A stretch of 63,993 bases of DNA from a virus. Lineage: Duplodnaviria; Caudoviricetes. The position numbers were made by a program, and so were the translations under genes. Location: the IMG/VR virus record IMGVR_UViG_3300008448_006341, positions 1 to 63,993 of that record, one strand, 5' to 3'. How positions within the stretch are numbered: the stretch's first letter is position 1; every line of letters begins with the position of its first letter. This document shows positions 47,084 to 56,928 of this stretch, one piece after another. Below the pieces are notes generated by a model, which saw only the letters and a program-made list of their open reading frames with translations, was not told where the DNA came from and did not search any database.

Positions 47084-48967
47084 ATGAGCAAAGTCATCGG
47101 TATCGATTTAGGTACCACAAATTCATGCGTAGCCGTTATTGAAAACGGTGTCACAAAAGTAATCGAAAACAGCGAAGGCGCACGTACTACACCTAGTATT
47201 GTTGCATACGCAAACGATGAAATCCTAGTAGGTGCTTCAGCAAAGCGTCAAGCAGTAACAAATCCTAAAAATACAATCTATGCAGCCAAGCGTCTTATTG
47301 GACGTAAGTTCGATGAGAAGGCTGTACAAAAAGACATTGAACTAATGCCTTACACTATTATCAAAGCTGATAACGGTGATGCATGGGTTAAGGTTGAAGA
47401 TAAGAAATTAGCGCCGCCCCAGATTTCAGCTGAAGTGCTACGCAAAATGAAAAAGACTGCGGAAGACTACTTGGGTACAACTGTTACTCAGGCAGTTATC
47501 ACGGTCCCTGCATACTTCAACGACAGCCAACGACAGGCTACTAAAGATGCTGGTAAGATTGCAGGACTTGAAGTACTGCGTATTATCAACGAACCCACTG
47601 CGGCCGCATTGGCCTATGGTGTTGACAAACAAGACAAGCAGGATCGCAAGATTGCTGTCTATGACTTGGGTGGTGGCACATTTGATGTATCTATCATTGA
47701 AATTGCCAACGTTGATGGCGACAAACAAATTGAAGTATTGAGTACTAACGGTGATACATTCCTAGGCGGTGAAGACTTTGATCAAAGGCTTATGGACTAT
47801 CTGGTTGATGAATTCCTCAAAGACTCAGGTTTTGATCTTACCAAAGATGTGCTGGCACTACAGCGTTTAAAAGATGCCGCTGAAAAAGCCAAGATTGAAT
47901 TGTCTAGCACACAACAAACATCTGTAAACTTGCCCTACGTCACAGCTGATGCCACTGGTCCTAAACACCTTAATGTAAACATCAGCAGAGCAAAGCTTGA
48001 ACAGTTAGTTGATGAACTGGTCCAACGTAGTTTAGAACCTTGCCGCCAGGCTATGAAAGATGCTAATGTAACTCCAGCAGACATTGATGAAGTTATCCTT
48101 GTTGGTGGACAAACACGCATGCCTAAAGTACAAGAAGCAGTTGAGAAATTGTTTGGCAAGGCTCCACGTAAAGACGTTAACCCAGATGAAGCAGTGGCCG
48201 CAGGTGCTGCCATCCAAGGTTCAGTACTAGCTGGCGATCGCACAGACGTTTTATTGTTAGACGTAACACCATTAAGTCTTGGTATCGAAACTATGGGCGG
48301 TGTGTTTACTAAATTGATCAGTAAGAATACAACTATCCCTACAAAGCATAGCCAAGTGTTTTCAACAGCAGAAGATAATCAACCTGCTGTTACAATCAAA
48401 GTAGGACAGGGGGAGCGTGAGCTTTTCCAGTACAATAAACTATTAGGTGAATTTAACCTAGAAGGTATTGCACCAGCTCGTAGAGGTACTCCGCAGATTG
48501 AAGTTACACTAGACATTGATGCCAACGGTATCTTAAATGTAAACGCCAAAGATAAAAACACTGGTAAAGAAAACAAGATTACAATTAAAGCCAATTCAGG
48601 ATTATCCGATGATGAGATTCAACAAATGGTTCGTGATGCTGAAGCCAATGCAGAGTCAGATAAAAAGCAAAAGGATTTAATTGAAGCTAGAAATCAAGCC
48701 GAAGGACAGTTGCACAATCTACGCAGTGATATGAAAGATGTAGAGAGTCAACTTACTGAAGAAGAAAAGACTGCGGCTAATGAAGCATTTGCCAAAGTAG
48801 AAGAAGCTATCAAAGGCACTGACACAGAAACAATTACTAAATCAGTAGAAGATTTGTTTACTGCCGGTATGCCAATTATGAAAGCTAAATCCACTGCCAG
48901 CACAGAAAGCCCATCTCAAACTACAGTTGATGCAGAAGTAACTGAAGTTAAAGAAAAAGCTGCATAA
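47084..48967 (+). CDS. dnaK: Chaperone DnaK
   Basis: [33 protein letters not shown]. Confidence 0.99.
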   Translation: MSKVIGIDLGTTNSCVAVIENGVTKVIENSEGARTTPSIVAYANDEILVGASAKRQAVTNPKNTIYAAKRLIGRKFDEKAVQKDIELMPYTIIKADNGDAWVKVEDKKLAPPQISAEVLRKMKKTAEDYLGTTVTQAVITVPAYFNDSQRQATKDAGKIAGLEVLRIINEPTAAALAYGVDKQDKQDRKIAVYDLGGGTFDVSIIEIANVDGDKQIEVLSTNGDTFLGGEDFDQRLMDYLVDEFLKDSGFDLTKDVLALQRLKDAAEKAKIELSSTQQTSVNLPYVTADATGPKHLNVNISRAKLEQLVDELVQRSLEPCRQAMKDANVTPADIDEVILVGGQTRMPKVQEAVEKLFGKAPRKDVNPDEAVAAGAAIQGSVLAGDRTDVLLLDVTPLSLGIETMGGVFTKLISKNTTIPTKHSQVFSTAEDNQPAVTIKVGQGERELFQYNKLLGEFNLEGIAPARRGTPQIEVTLDIDANGILNVNAKDKNTGKENKITIKANSGLSDDEIQQMVRDAEANAESDKKQKDLIEARNQAEGQLHNLRSDMKDVESQLTEEEKTAANEAFAKVEEAIKGTDTETITKSVEDLFTAGMPIMKAKSTASTESPSQTTVDAEVTEVKEKAA

Positions 48968-48971
48968 AAAT

Positions 48972-49000
48972 TTGACACAGACAGACAGTATTGTTAAAAT
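48972..49000 (+). promoter_or_regulatory. Sigma70-type promoter
   Basis: TTGACA-N17-TAAAAT. Confidence 0.75.
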
Positions 49001-49048
49001 TATAGGGTGCTCAGGTGAGGCCCTATACAGTTCTTGCTTAAAAGGAGA
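49001..49048 (+). promoter_or_regulatory. ROSE-like RNA thermometer in the hsp20 leader
   Basis: TATAGGG...CCCTATA hairpin, then TCTTGCT-TAAA-AGGAGA. Confidence 0.65.
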
Positions 49049-49054
49049 TCTAAA

Positions 49055-49477
49055 ATGACACAATTAAGAACTATCGACACAGCCGCTCTAGCACAATTGA
49101 GCAAAGCACTAATAGGATTTGATCGCTATTTCAGTGCACCACATCACCAAAACGGTAACTATCCTCCTCATAATATTGTAAAATATGATGAAACCCATTA
49201 TGGAATTGAAATTGCTGTAGCTGGTTTTAGTAAAGAAGAAATTACAGTAGAAGTTGATCAAGATCAACTCACTGTAAAAGGACGTAAACTAAATCAAGCA
49301 GACAGTCGTTTTGAATATCTACATCGCGGGTTAGCCGCTAGAGATTTTGAACAGACATTTACTCTTGCTGAGTATATGGAGGTTTATGCGGCAGAAGTTA
49401 AGGATGGCATGCTTGTGATTGAAATCATGCGTGTTGTACCGGAAGCACTAAAACCTCGCCAAATCGAAGTTAAATAA
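49055..49477 (+). CDS. Small heat shock protein (IbpA-like)
   Basis: YPPHNI, IAVAGF, YLHRGLAARDF, DGML. Confidence 0.95.
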   Translation: MTQLRTIDTAALAQLSKALIGFDRYFSAPHHQNGNYPPHNIVKYDETHYGIEIAVAGFSKEEITVEVDQDQLTVKGRKLNQADSRFEYLHRGLAARDFEQTFTLAEYMEVYAAEVKDGMLVIEIMRVVPEALKPRQIEVK

Positions 49478-49484
49478 ATATCAC

Positions 49485-49507
49485 GGGGGAGGAAACTCCC
49501 CCATTTT
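49485..49507 (+). terminator. Terminator-like hairpin
   Basis: GGGGGAG-GAAA-CTCCCCC-ATTTT. Confidence 0.7.
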
Positions 49508-49518
49508 TGGAGTCTATC

Positions 49519-49821
49519 ATGCCTACCACCGAAATTCAAATTGATGAAAAGATTAAAAGCAAAATTTCTGAACCTAAACGCTGGAAAGTTGTACTACTAA
49601 ACGATGATACTACTCCAATGGACTTCGTCATGGGTGTACTCACAGAAATTTTTAAACACACTCAAGAGACAGCTAAAGAAATTACTCTAGAGATACATAC
49701 TACAGGTAGTGGCATTGCCGGCGTCTATAGTTTTGAAATCGCTGAAGTAAAAGCAGTAGAGGCAACTCAACTAGCAAGAGCTAATGGCTTCCCACTCCAG
49801 ATCAAAATGGAAGAAGAATGA
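49519..49821 (+). CDS. clpS: Clp protease adaptor ClpS
   Basis: VVLLNDDTTPMDFV, EIHTTG, GFPL. Confidence 0.95.
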   Translation: MPTTEIQIDEKIKSKISEPKRWKVVLLNDDTTPMDFVMGVLTEIFKHTQETAKEITLEIHTTGSGIAGVYSFEIAEVKAVEATQLARANGFPLQIKMEEE

Positions 49822-50351
49822 GCCTAAAAGAAATAACCAAAGATTTACACACAGAAGCAGAACGAACTATATTTGCCAAAAAGTTAATCAAAGGCGATCT
49901 TACCACAGAAGAATACGCTAACTATCTTTGGCAAATGGTACTTGTTTATAACGGCATTGAAGTTGCTGCCAACAGTCAGGGCATGTTAAAAAACTTACCT
50001 GATATAGAAAGAACGCACAAAATTTATCAAGACTGTATAGAACTAGTAGGTCCACATCATACACTGAAATGGAATCCCACTACTGTCGAATACTATCAAT
50101 ATCTCCTAGCATTAAACTACAATCAAGATCGTAAACATCTAGTTAAAGCACACATGTACTGCCGTCATATGGGAGACCTGTTTGGCGGACAGATGATCAA
50201 AGGTCGTGTTCCTGGCAAAGGTAAGTTCTATGAGTTCAAAGATCCAGAAGGACTCAAAATGGCCATACGTGCTGAACTTACAGATGACCTCGGAGAAGAG
50301 GCTCGCGTAGCGTTTCAATGGGCTATTAAACTTATGGAAGCACTACAGTAA
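49818..50351 (+). CDS. Heme oxygenase
   Basis: LKEITKDLHTEAE, HMYCRHMGDLFGGQ. Confidence 0.9.
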   Translation: MSLKEITKDLHTEAERTIFAKKLIKGDLTTEEYANYLWQMVLVYNGIEVAANSQGMLKNLPDIERTHKIYQDCIELVGPHHTLKWNPTTVEYYQYLLALNYNQDRKHLVKAHMYCRHMGDLFGGQMIKGRVPGKGKFYEFKDPEGLKMAIRAELTDDLGEEARVAFQWAIKLMEALQ

Positions 50352-50983
50352 TGTTAGAAACAATCTGCGAAACACTAGTAGAAGCCTATCGTCGTAATTG
50401 GATTACTAGCCGTGACGGCAACGTTAGTATACGGCACCACGATCGAGACCACTTCTATATTACACCCAGCGGTGTACGTAAACAAACTCTACAGCCTGAT
50501 CAATTTAAGAAAATTGGCATTATGTTTCAACCAGTCAATCGGTGGAATCATACAGATCTACCGTATACTGATATCAGCGCCAATTTAAAACCAAGTGGAG
50601 AGTTGCCTCTTCACTTTGGACTACAAAAAATGATGGGACAACACAGTAACGATGTTCGAGTAGTAGTACATGTACATCCTACATATTGTATCGCCGCAAT
50701 GCACGCCGGGATTGATCTCAGCACTATCAGCAGTGATTTTCCTGAACTTAATCGCTACACAAAGGTAGCACCCAATGTAGGCGATGTGCCTCCTATCAGC
50801 CAAGAGCTAGCTGATCGCTGTCACGAAAATTTACAGCTAGATGAATACGGCAACATTGCCTATGATATCGTAGGTATTAAAGGACACGGAGTTGTTGCCA
50901 TTGATACTAGCCCGTGGCGTGCGTTTGAACACATAGAACGACTAGAACACATTTGTAAAATTGTATTAGCGAGTAAAATATGA
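50351..50983 (+). CDS. Class II aldolase/adducin family protein
   Basis: DGNVS, ITPSG, PSGELPLH, VHVHP, GHGV. Confidence 0.9.
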   Translation: MLETICETLVEAYRRNWITSRDGNVSIRHHDRDHFYITPSGVRKQTLQPDQFKKIGIMFQPVNRWNHTDLPYTDISANLKPSGELPLHFGLQKMMGQHSNDVRVVVHVHPTYCIAAMHAGIDLSTISSDFPELNRYTKVAPNVGDVPPISQELADRCHENLQLDEYGNIAYDIVGIKGHGVVAIDTSPWRAFEHIERLEHICKIVLASKI

Positions 50984-51660
50984 GCATAGTTTGGGATACA
51001 CTTACTGAAGTAGAAAATTACTTTGAAATGGCCTTTAACGAGAAAGGCTGGTTAATTCACGAGCCTGGTATGGAACGTTTTAACCAACCTGGTTGGGTTA
51101 ATATGGTATGGGAAAGCGACATATATCGCAGGGCGCACATTGATGTAGTAGATGCTCGCGAAACTAAAGGACTGTGGATGATGCATTGTTGCGTCTTCCC
51201 GCATACTGACAATCCTGCACCTATTTTTGGCTTTGATGTAGTTGCAGGTAAGAATAAAATTACAGGTTGCTTCCATGACTTTAGTCCAGCAGGCGATCCT
51301 AACCATCCGTTAATTACATGGTTTGGTGAAGAAGTTAGCCGTTACGAATGGAACAAAAAACGTCCGTTACCAGAGTGGGCACAGCGTATTTTTACAGAAC
51401 ATATGGTGGCTGCGGGCAACGTCAGCGAACAGCACGAATTAGTACAGATTCTGGGTATGGCCCGTAAAACACTGGATCACTACTTGGAAAATGTAGGCGA
51501 AACTCGCGGCCACGCAGTAGATACCAAAGACGCACAGAACTTCTATGCACAGAACCAAAAGCAAAACCCGCATACTCCTAAAGTTATGACTAGTTTAGGC
51601 TTAAACGAGCAAGACGTACAAATATTCGTGCAGGAGTGTTTGTTCCCAGAAATTCGCTAA
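50980..51660 (+). CDS. Ferredoxin-dependent bilin reductase (PcyA/PcyX-like)
   Basis: RRAHID, MHCCVFP, PIFGFDVV, HDFSP, QKQNPHT, LFP; next to heme oxygenase. Confidence 0.88.
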   Translation: MSIVWDTLTEVENYFEMAFNEKGWLIHEPGMERFNQPGWVNMVWESDIYRRAHIDVVDARETKGLWMMHCCVFPHTDNPAPIFGFDVVAGKNKITGCFHDFSPAGDPNHPLITWFGEEVSRYEWNKKRPLPEWAQRIFTEHMVAAGNVSEQHELVQILGMARKTLDHYLENVGETRGHAVDTKDAQNFYAQNQKQNPHTPKVMTSLGLNEQDVQIFVQECLFPEIR

Positions 51661-51670
51661 ATATTATACT

Positions 51671-53245
51671 ATGAGATTTCGCGAATTTAAACTATTAGAA
51701 ACCCTAAACACAACGATATCTGCTGATCATTTAGATGGTCTAAAGGATGTAATTGCCCGCCGAATTAGATCACTACCCGATGATCAAACTACAGCAAAGG
51801 CCCTTAAAGATATTGAAGACCTACTTCAACATCTTGGATCAGGCGGACGTATTGGTTCAATTGGCAAAGAACTAGCTGACGTAAAAGATTCAGCAGTTGA
51901 CGATGCTAAAAAAGTTCTAGGGCGATTAGTATTAAGTATTGCGGAAGAACTAAATGCTTCTCCAGAGCAAAAAGAAGAATTTTTCCGATTATGGAAAGCT
52001 GACCAAATAGTTAATGTTGAAACTATTATTGATCCAGAAAATAGAGGTGTGAGCTTAAACTTCAACGATGTTTTTAATGGTTATTCTAGTAACCCACTAA
52101 TGACAGAATTTATCAATGAAGTAATGACAGTTGCTGAGTTAGGTATGGGACGCGGAGAGTTTGGTCTTAACGTGTTGAGTAAAAGTATCACTGTTTCTAA
52201 AGGTGGTAAAAAAGAAGAGACTGAAGATGGCGGATCCAAAAAAGGAGATCTACAATTTATTATCGGTGGCAAAACGTACCAGATAGAATTAAAAACTGAA
52301 CAAGGTGGCGCTGCTCGTTTTGGCGATCAAGAAGTGCGGCCTGCAGAAGGCTTTGAAGCAGCCGCAGTGGCATTAAACAACTATGTAAAGAAACACAAGC
52401 TTTATAAAGGTATTGGATTTACATTGTCTGGCAGCGGCATGAATTTAAATCAAGCAATACAATTTCATCAGGCATTAACTCCTGCTGATAGATCTACGTT
52501 TCTTGGCATGGTAAGAAAATGTCTAACTCTAATCTTTGGCAATCTTAAAAGCGGCCGCAAAGATCATTTGATGAGATTAAAAAGAAACATAAATGAAATT
52601 ATGGATGCTATCGAAGTAGGTCGCGGTGGTCAAGCAGCACAGGCGTATAGCCAAGCTAGTTTTAATTTTTATATGAGTCGCAAACACGACGACGGTGTAT
52701 TATATACAAATCTTAATAATAAAACTTTTGTCTATTATGATGACGCGGCACAGCTATTAGCTGCCGGTTTACGATTCCATGCATCTACTCCTTATATTAG
52801 TGCAACCAAAGATCCAGTACGTGCTGTGTATCCGCAGATCAGTGTTCAATCTACAACATTTGGTGGCGAGAAAGCACAAAAAGGATTAAAACAATTATCC
52901 AAGGGAAAAAATCCGTTTGATGATCCAGAATTTGCCAGCAAAATACAAAATTGGACTGCTGCATTAGCTGCTCCTCGCGGCGTTAAAAATAAAAATACTT
53001 TAAACAAAATTTCTATAAGAGTAGTCCAACTCATGGGGCAAAAGATGCCTACTGATCAAATCATTACTACATTAGAACTAGAGTTCCCAGAACTAGCAGT
53101 AAAAGTAAAAACTACACCAAAACTAACTCCTAGAGCACCTGCAAAGGTCTCTGTACCCGCACCTGCAGGCTCTGTGCCAAAGACTATGGCTCCTACACCA
53201 CAGCAACCAGCACAAACCCAACCGGCTCCAACAGCCACAGTATAA
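51671..53245 (+). CDS. Putative virion protein with possible PD-(D/E)xK nuclease core
   Basis: MRFREFKLLE; GRGE...KGDL...IELK; Pro-rich tail. Confidence 0.55.
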   Translation: MRFREFKLLETLNTTISADHLDGLKDVIARRIRSLPDDQTTAKALKDIEDLLQHLGSGGRIGSIGKELADVKDSAVDDAKKVLGRLVLSIAEELNASPEQKEEFFRLWKADQIVNVETIIDPENRGVSLNFNDVFNGYSSNPLMTEFINEVMTVAELGMGRGEFGLNVLSKSITVSKGGKKEETEDGGSKKGDLQFIIGGKTYQIELKTEQGGAARFGDQEVRPAEGFEAAAVALNNYVKKHKLYKGIGFTLSGSGMNLNQAIQFHQALTPADRSTFLGMVRKCLTLIFGNLKSGRKDHLMRLKRNINEIMDAIEVGRGGQAAQAYSQASFNFYMSRKHDDGVLYTNLNNKTFVYYDDAAQLLAAGLRFHASTPYISATKDPVRAVYPQISVQSTTFGGEKAQKGLKQLSKGKNPFDDPEFASKIQNWTAALAAPRGVKNKNTLNKISIRVVQLMGQKMPTDQIITTLELEFPELAVKVKTTPKLTPRAPAKVSVPAPAGSVPKTMAPTPQQPAQTQPAPTATV

Positions 53246-53311
53246 ATACATTTGAATTAAACACCTAGTTTTTAATTTTAAAGCTGGTGTTTAATGCATA
53301 AATATTTGTAC

Positions 53312-53680
53312 ATGGAAATACTCCTACTTTTAACCCTATTACAAATCAAGCACTGGTACGCTGATTTTAAAATACAGACCTACATGCAGACTGTGAAAAA
53401 AGGCGTGTGGTTAGATCCTATTGGCGTAAGCCATAGTATAGATCATATGTGGTGTACCCTTGTGGCATTGTTAGTCTTTAGTATTTTCTATCCAATTACA
53501 GTTGGTGCCATATTTTTAGTAGCTTTCATAGAAGGCATTGTACATTACCTTATAGACTACACTAAAGTAAAATATGGTTGCAAAGACAATACCAAACCTC
53601 TGTTTTGGAATCAATTTGGTCTTGACCAATTAGCACATCAAATCTGTTACATACTGATTGTATTTTTCCTCCTAGTCTAA
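53312..53680 (+). CDS. DUF3307-like membrane protein
   Basis: HWYADF..Q, HYLID..K, DQLAH. Confidence 0.8.
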   Translation: MEILLLLTLLQIKHWYADFKIQTYMQTVKKGVWLDPIGVSHSIDHMWCTLVALLVFSIFYPITVGAIFLVAFIEGIVHYLIDYTKVKYGCKDNTKPLFWNQFGLDQLAHQICYILIVFFLLV

Positions 53681-53746
53681 ATCTGCTAGTTTAATTCTTC
53701 ATCTCGGGTCATTAAATAATAATGACAGACTGCCGGGAGCGAATCA

Positions 53747-54199
53747 ATGAAAAAACACATAGCAGTTCTAATTATAACAGTTGCCTCTTCTGTACAGGCC
53801 GCTGAATTAGTACACCAATTTACTAGTCCATCCTTTTCTGGAATAGGATTCTCAAGTCATGCACTTACAATCTATAACCAAGAGTTAAGTCGTAAGTTAG
53901 CCATTGCAGCTGAAAAGAAAGCAGACGCACTTAAAGCTGAACAAGATGCTAAAAACACCACTATGGCTAAATTTATATCAAATTTAGAAAGTAGGATATA
54001 CAACGAGTTGGCTAGACAAATAACAGAAAAATTATTTGAAGGCCAAGGCGGACAAGCGTCCGGAACTTTTGCTTTCAATGGCGGAACAATAACATATACC
54101 AAGGTTGGTAATATGATAGAAATCACTATACGTGATGCAAATGGAAACGTCACTACAATGACGGTGCCCATTGGAGACTTTGGATGGCTATCACCATGA
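53747..54199 (+). CDS. csgF: Curli assembly protein CsgF-like
   Basis: Signal peptide then AELVHQFTSPSFSG (CsgF N-terminal F-x-x-P-x-F-x-G); upstream of csgG. Confidence 0.8.
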   Translation: MKKHIAVLIITVASSVQAAELVHQFTSPSFSGIGFSSHALTIYNQELSRKLAIAAEKKADALKAEQDAKNTTMAKFISNLESRIYNELARQITEKLFEGQGGQASGTFAFNGGTITYTKVGNMIEITIRDANGNVTTMTVPIGDFGWLSP

Positions 54200-55053
54200 A
54201 ATTAATAACATCTTTAATAGCAGCTTCGTTTTTAACAGGCTGTGGCACTATAGGTAATATGGTCAGAGACTTCGACGATCCTGTTATTACCCAACCTAAA
54301 TTAAAAACTGAACAAGGACTGAAAGCACCTGCCGCAGGATCTATCGCTGTAGCAGTTTACAGCTTCAGAGATATGACTGGACAGAGAAAAGCCAGCCAAA
54401 ATATTGCAAGTTTAAGTTCAGCAGTTACGCAAGGGGCAGATGCTTACCTTGTTAAGAGTCTACAAGAAATAGGCGGCGGGCAATGGTTTAAAGTTTTAGA
54501 ACGAGGCGGCCTAGATAATCTTATCAAAGAACGACAATTAATTCGCCAGATGAGAGAACTGTATCAAGGCGACAAAGCACAGCCTTTACCTCCAATGATG
54601 TTTGCTGGAATGATTTTAGAAGGCGGTATCATTGGCTACGACAGCAACACTTTAAGTGGTGGTAGTGGTGCTCGATTACTAGGTATTGGTGCCAGCACTG
54701 AATACCGTCAAGACGAAGTTACAATTAGTCTACGTGCAGTAAGCGTAGCTACTGGTGAAGTTTTAGTAGCTGTAAATGTCAGTAAAACTGTGTATAGCTT
54801 TATGGACAAAGCTGGTGTATTAAGATTTATGGAAGCTGGTACTAGAAGTCTTGAATTAGAAACTGGTTCAGCAACTAACGAATCTATGAACCGTGCTGTT
54901 CAGTTGGCAATACATGCAGGTGTTATTGAAATGATCAACCAGGGAGCTACTAAAGGCCACTGGGCATTCAAGCAAGAGGAGAAGAAAGATGAGCTGGTTC
55001 AAAAAAACTCCCAACCTGAAGCGAACAGAGAAGCACCTGCCACAAAGAAGTAG
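54196..55053 (+). CDS. csgG: Curli secretion channel CsgG
   Basis: Lipobox LTGC; VAVYSFRDMTGQRK, SAVTQG, WFKVLER, LIKERQLIR, EGGIIGYD. Confidence 0.95.
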   Translation: MKLITSLIAASFLTGCGTIGNMVRDFDDPVITQPKLKTEQGLKAPAAGSIAVAVYSFRDMTGQRKASQNIASLSSAVTQGADAYLVKSLQEIGGGQWFKVLERGGLDNLIKERQLIRQMRELYQGDKAQPLPPMMFAGMILEGGIIGYDSNTLSGGSGARLLGIGASTEYRQDEVTISLRAVSVATGEVLVAVNVSKTVYSFMDKAGVLRFMEAGTRSLELETGSATNESMNRAVQLAIHAGVIEMINQGATKGHWAFKQEEKKDELVQKNSQPEANREAPATKK

Positions 55054-55150
55054 TCAGGTAGCTGAAAAATTATGGAAGGAAACTGTTTTAAAACATAACG
55101 CAGAAAAGAGCGATTTAAATCCAAATAATAAAAACAAAGGAGCGGATTAA
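54989..55150 (+). CDS. 53-aa basic ORF overlapping the csgG end
   Basis: GAGGAG SD; MSWFKKTP...; stop 1 nt before the next ATG. Confidence 0.4.
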   Translation: MSWFKKTPNLKRTEKHLPQRSSQVAEKLWKETVLKHNAEKSDLNPNNKNKGAD

Positions 55151-55151
55151 A

Positions 55152-55832
55152 ATGATTAAGAATTATAGACAAATGGCATTCGTAATGGCGGCCATATTTG
55201 CTGGTTCTGGAGCATATGCAGACAACAAAGTCTACATTGAACAAGCAGGTAGCAGTAATACGGTTACTATTACTCAAGTGGGCAGCACAAACAGAGTAGG
55301 TAACGTTGGCACTGGTAATCAAAGCAAAATTACTGGTAGCACAAACACACTAACAACATCTCAATCAGGAGATGGCAACATTATTGATTATACCGTGGTA
55401 GGTAACGGTAATACGATTACTAAAACTGTAACAGGTGATACAAATCAGATTACTTTTACTTGTGGCGACGGAACAACAGCATGTACAACTGTAACAAGTT
55501 CTATGACTATAGTTGGTGAGCTGAATACCGTGACTAGCACCATTAAGGGATCAAATATTACAAATACTTTAAGTATAACTGGTGACAGCAATACTGTTAC
55601 ACAAAGTATTCTTACAAGCAATAGTACTAGCAATATTACTATACTAGGTGACAGTAACGCATTTACCAGCGCAATGAGTGGTGCCAGCGGAGGCACAGGA
55701 CATCATTTGATTGCTGCGGTATCAGGCACAAGCAACACACACTCAATTACACAAAGTGGTAGTGTTAATACAAATGTAAGCATTGTAACAACAGGTAATT
55801 CGAACACAGTATCAGTAACCACTGGAAACTAA
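55152..55832 (+). CDS. Curlin-like repeat protein (CsgA/CsgB-like)
   Basis: Signal peptide; about 11-aa repeats such as IEQAGSSN, ITQVGSTN, SQSGDGN, VVGNGN, VTGDTN. Confidence 0.78.
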   Translation: MIKNYRQMAFVMAAIFAGSGAYADNKVYIEQAGSSNTVTITQVGSTNRVGNVGTGNQSKITGSTNTLTTSQSGDGNIIDYTVVGNGNTITKTVTGDTNQITFTCGDGTTACTTVTSSMTIVGELNTVTSTIKGSNITNTLSITGDSNTVTQSILTSNSTSNITILGDSNAFTSAMSGASGGTGHHLIAAVSGTSNTHSITQSGSVNTNVSIVTTGNSNTVSVTTGN

Positions 55833-55833
55833 A

Positions 55834-56928
55834 GTGAAATATCTATGGCTGTTAGCTTTATTAATTGCATCTGGAGCTCAGGCAAACATCGGAAAGATAA
55901 CCGAGCTCCAGGGCGCAGCCGTTGAAATAAAAAGAAAAAATCAAGCAATCAAAGCAGGCAAAGACACAGTGATAGAAGCCAACGACACTGTCAGTGTTGG
56001 CTCTAATACTAAACTTACAATAACATTTGCAGATAACTCTACTGCAAAAATTACAGAAAACAGCAAACTAGTTATAGATGATTTTGTCTACGACCCTAAA
56101 GGTTCTAGCAAGAGCGCCATGCGTGTTACTTTAGGTACAGTAAGAATGGCCTCCGGCGGTATTGCCAAACAGAATTCAGAAAGTGTAAACATAAGAACTC
56201 CTACCGCAGCTATTGCAGTTCGAGGCACAGACTTTGCTATGACAGTCAGTGAACTGGGAGAGAGTACAGTTGTATTATTACCAACTTGTAAAGACGACAG
56301 AGATGCAACTAAAGTAGAACTACCCGGTAACTGTGTCTGTGGAGCAATTGACGTTGTTACTCAAGCTGGTAAAGTAAGTATGGAAAGTCCTTTTTTTGCC
56401 ACACACGTTGCCACAGCACAAGAAGTACCACTAGTTCCAGTAAGAGTAGATCCTCAAATTATCAACGCCAGTGGGGAAGGTAATTTAAACAAACCACAAG
56501 CAGTGGCGTTAGCACATGTTGAAAAACAAGAACGTAAAGAAGCACATAAAGACAAAAGCAAAGCCAATCAAGACGAACAACGAACTGCTAGAGACAACAA
56601 CAAAGATGCAGTAGATAAGAGAAAATCAGCATCTGATGATGATACTATTAATAGAGCTCTTCGTGGAGAAGTGGGTGAAATTAGAACTGCCGATGCTGGC
56701 ACAGCAGCTAATCCTTGTTGGCCATTTACCAGTTGTGGTAATGAAAAAGGTTACAACTGGTATGAACACGTAGACCCCTTACGTGGCAATATTATTCATA
56801 TTAGAACACTAGAAACAACAGATACAACAACATACAATATTTCAGTAAACAATGTTGACGTCAGCCAACGTCAAGTAGGCAGTGGTGCCAATGGTAACGT
56901 AGTAACGGTGAGACAATGGAACAGATGA
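55834..56928 (+). CDS. FecR-domain exported protein
   Basis: Signal peptide; ITFADNS, LVIDDFVYDP, IRTPTAAIAVRGTDF; curlin-like C-terminal strand. Confidence 0.88.
   Translation: MKYLWLLALLIASGAQANIGKITELQGAAVEIKRKNQAIKAGKDTVIEANDTVSVGSNTKLTITFADNSTAKITENSKLVIDDFVYDPKGSSKSAMRVTLGTVRMASGGIAKQNSESVNIRTPTAAIAVRGTDFAMTVSELGESTVVLLPTCKDDRDATKVELPGNCVCGAIDVVTQAGKVSMESPFFATHVATAQEVPLVPVRVDPQIINASGEGNLNKPQAVALAHVEKQERKEAHKDKSKANQDEQRTARDNNKDAVDKRKSASDDDTINRALRGEVGEIRTADAGTAANPCWPFTSCGNEKGYNWYEHVDPLRGNIIHIRTLETTDTTTYNISVNNVDVSQRQVGSGANGNVVTVRQWNR

Noticed and set aside
55000-55008. A AAA AAC near the end of csgG
   Set aside because: The -1 frame stops after three codons.
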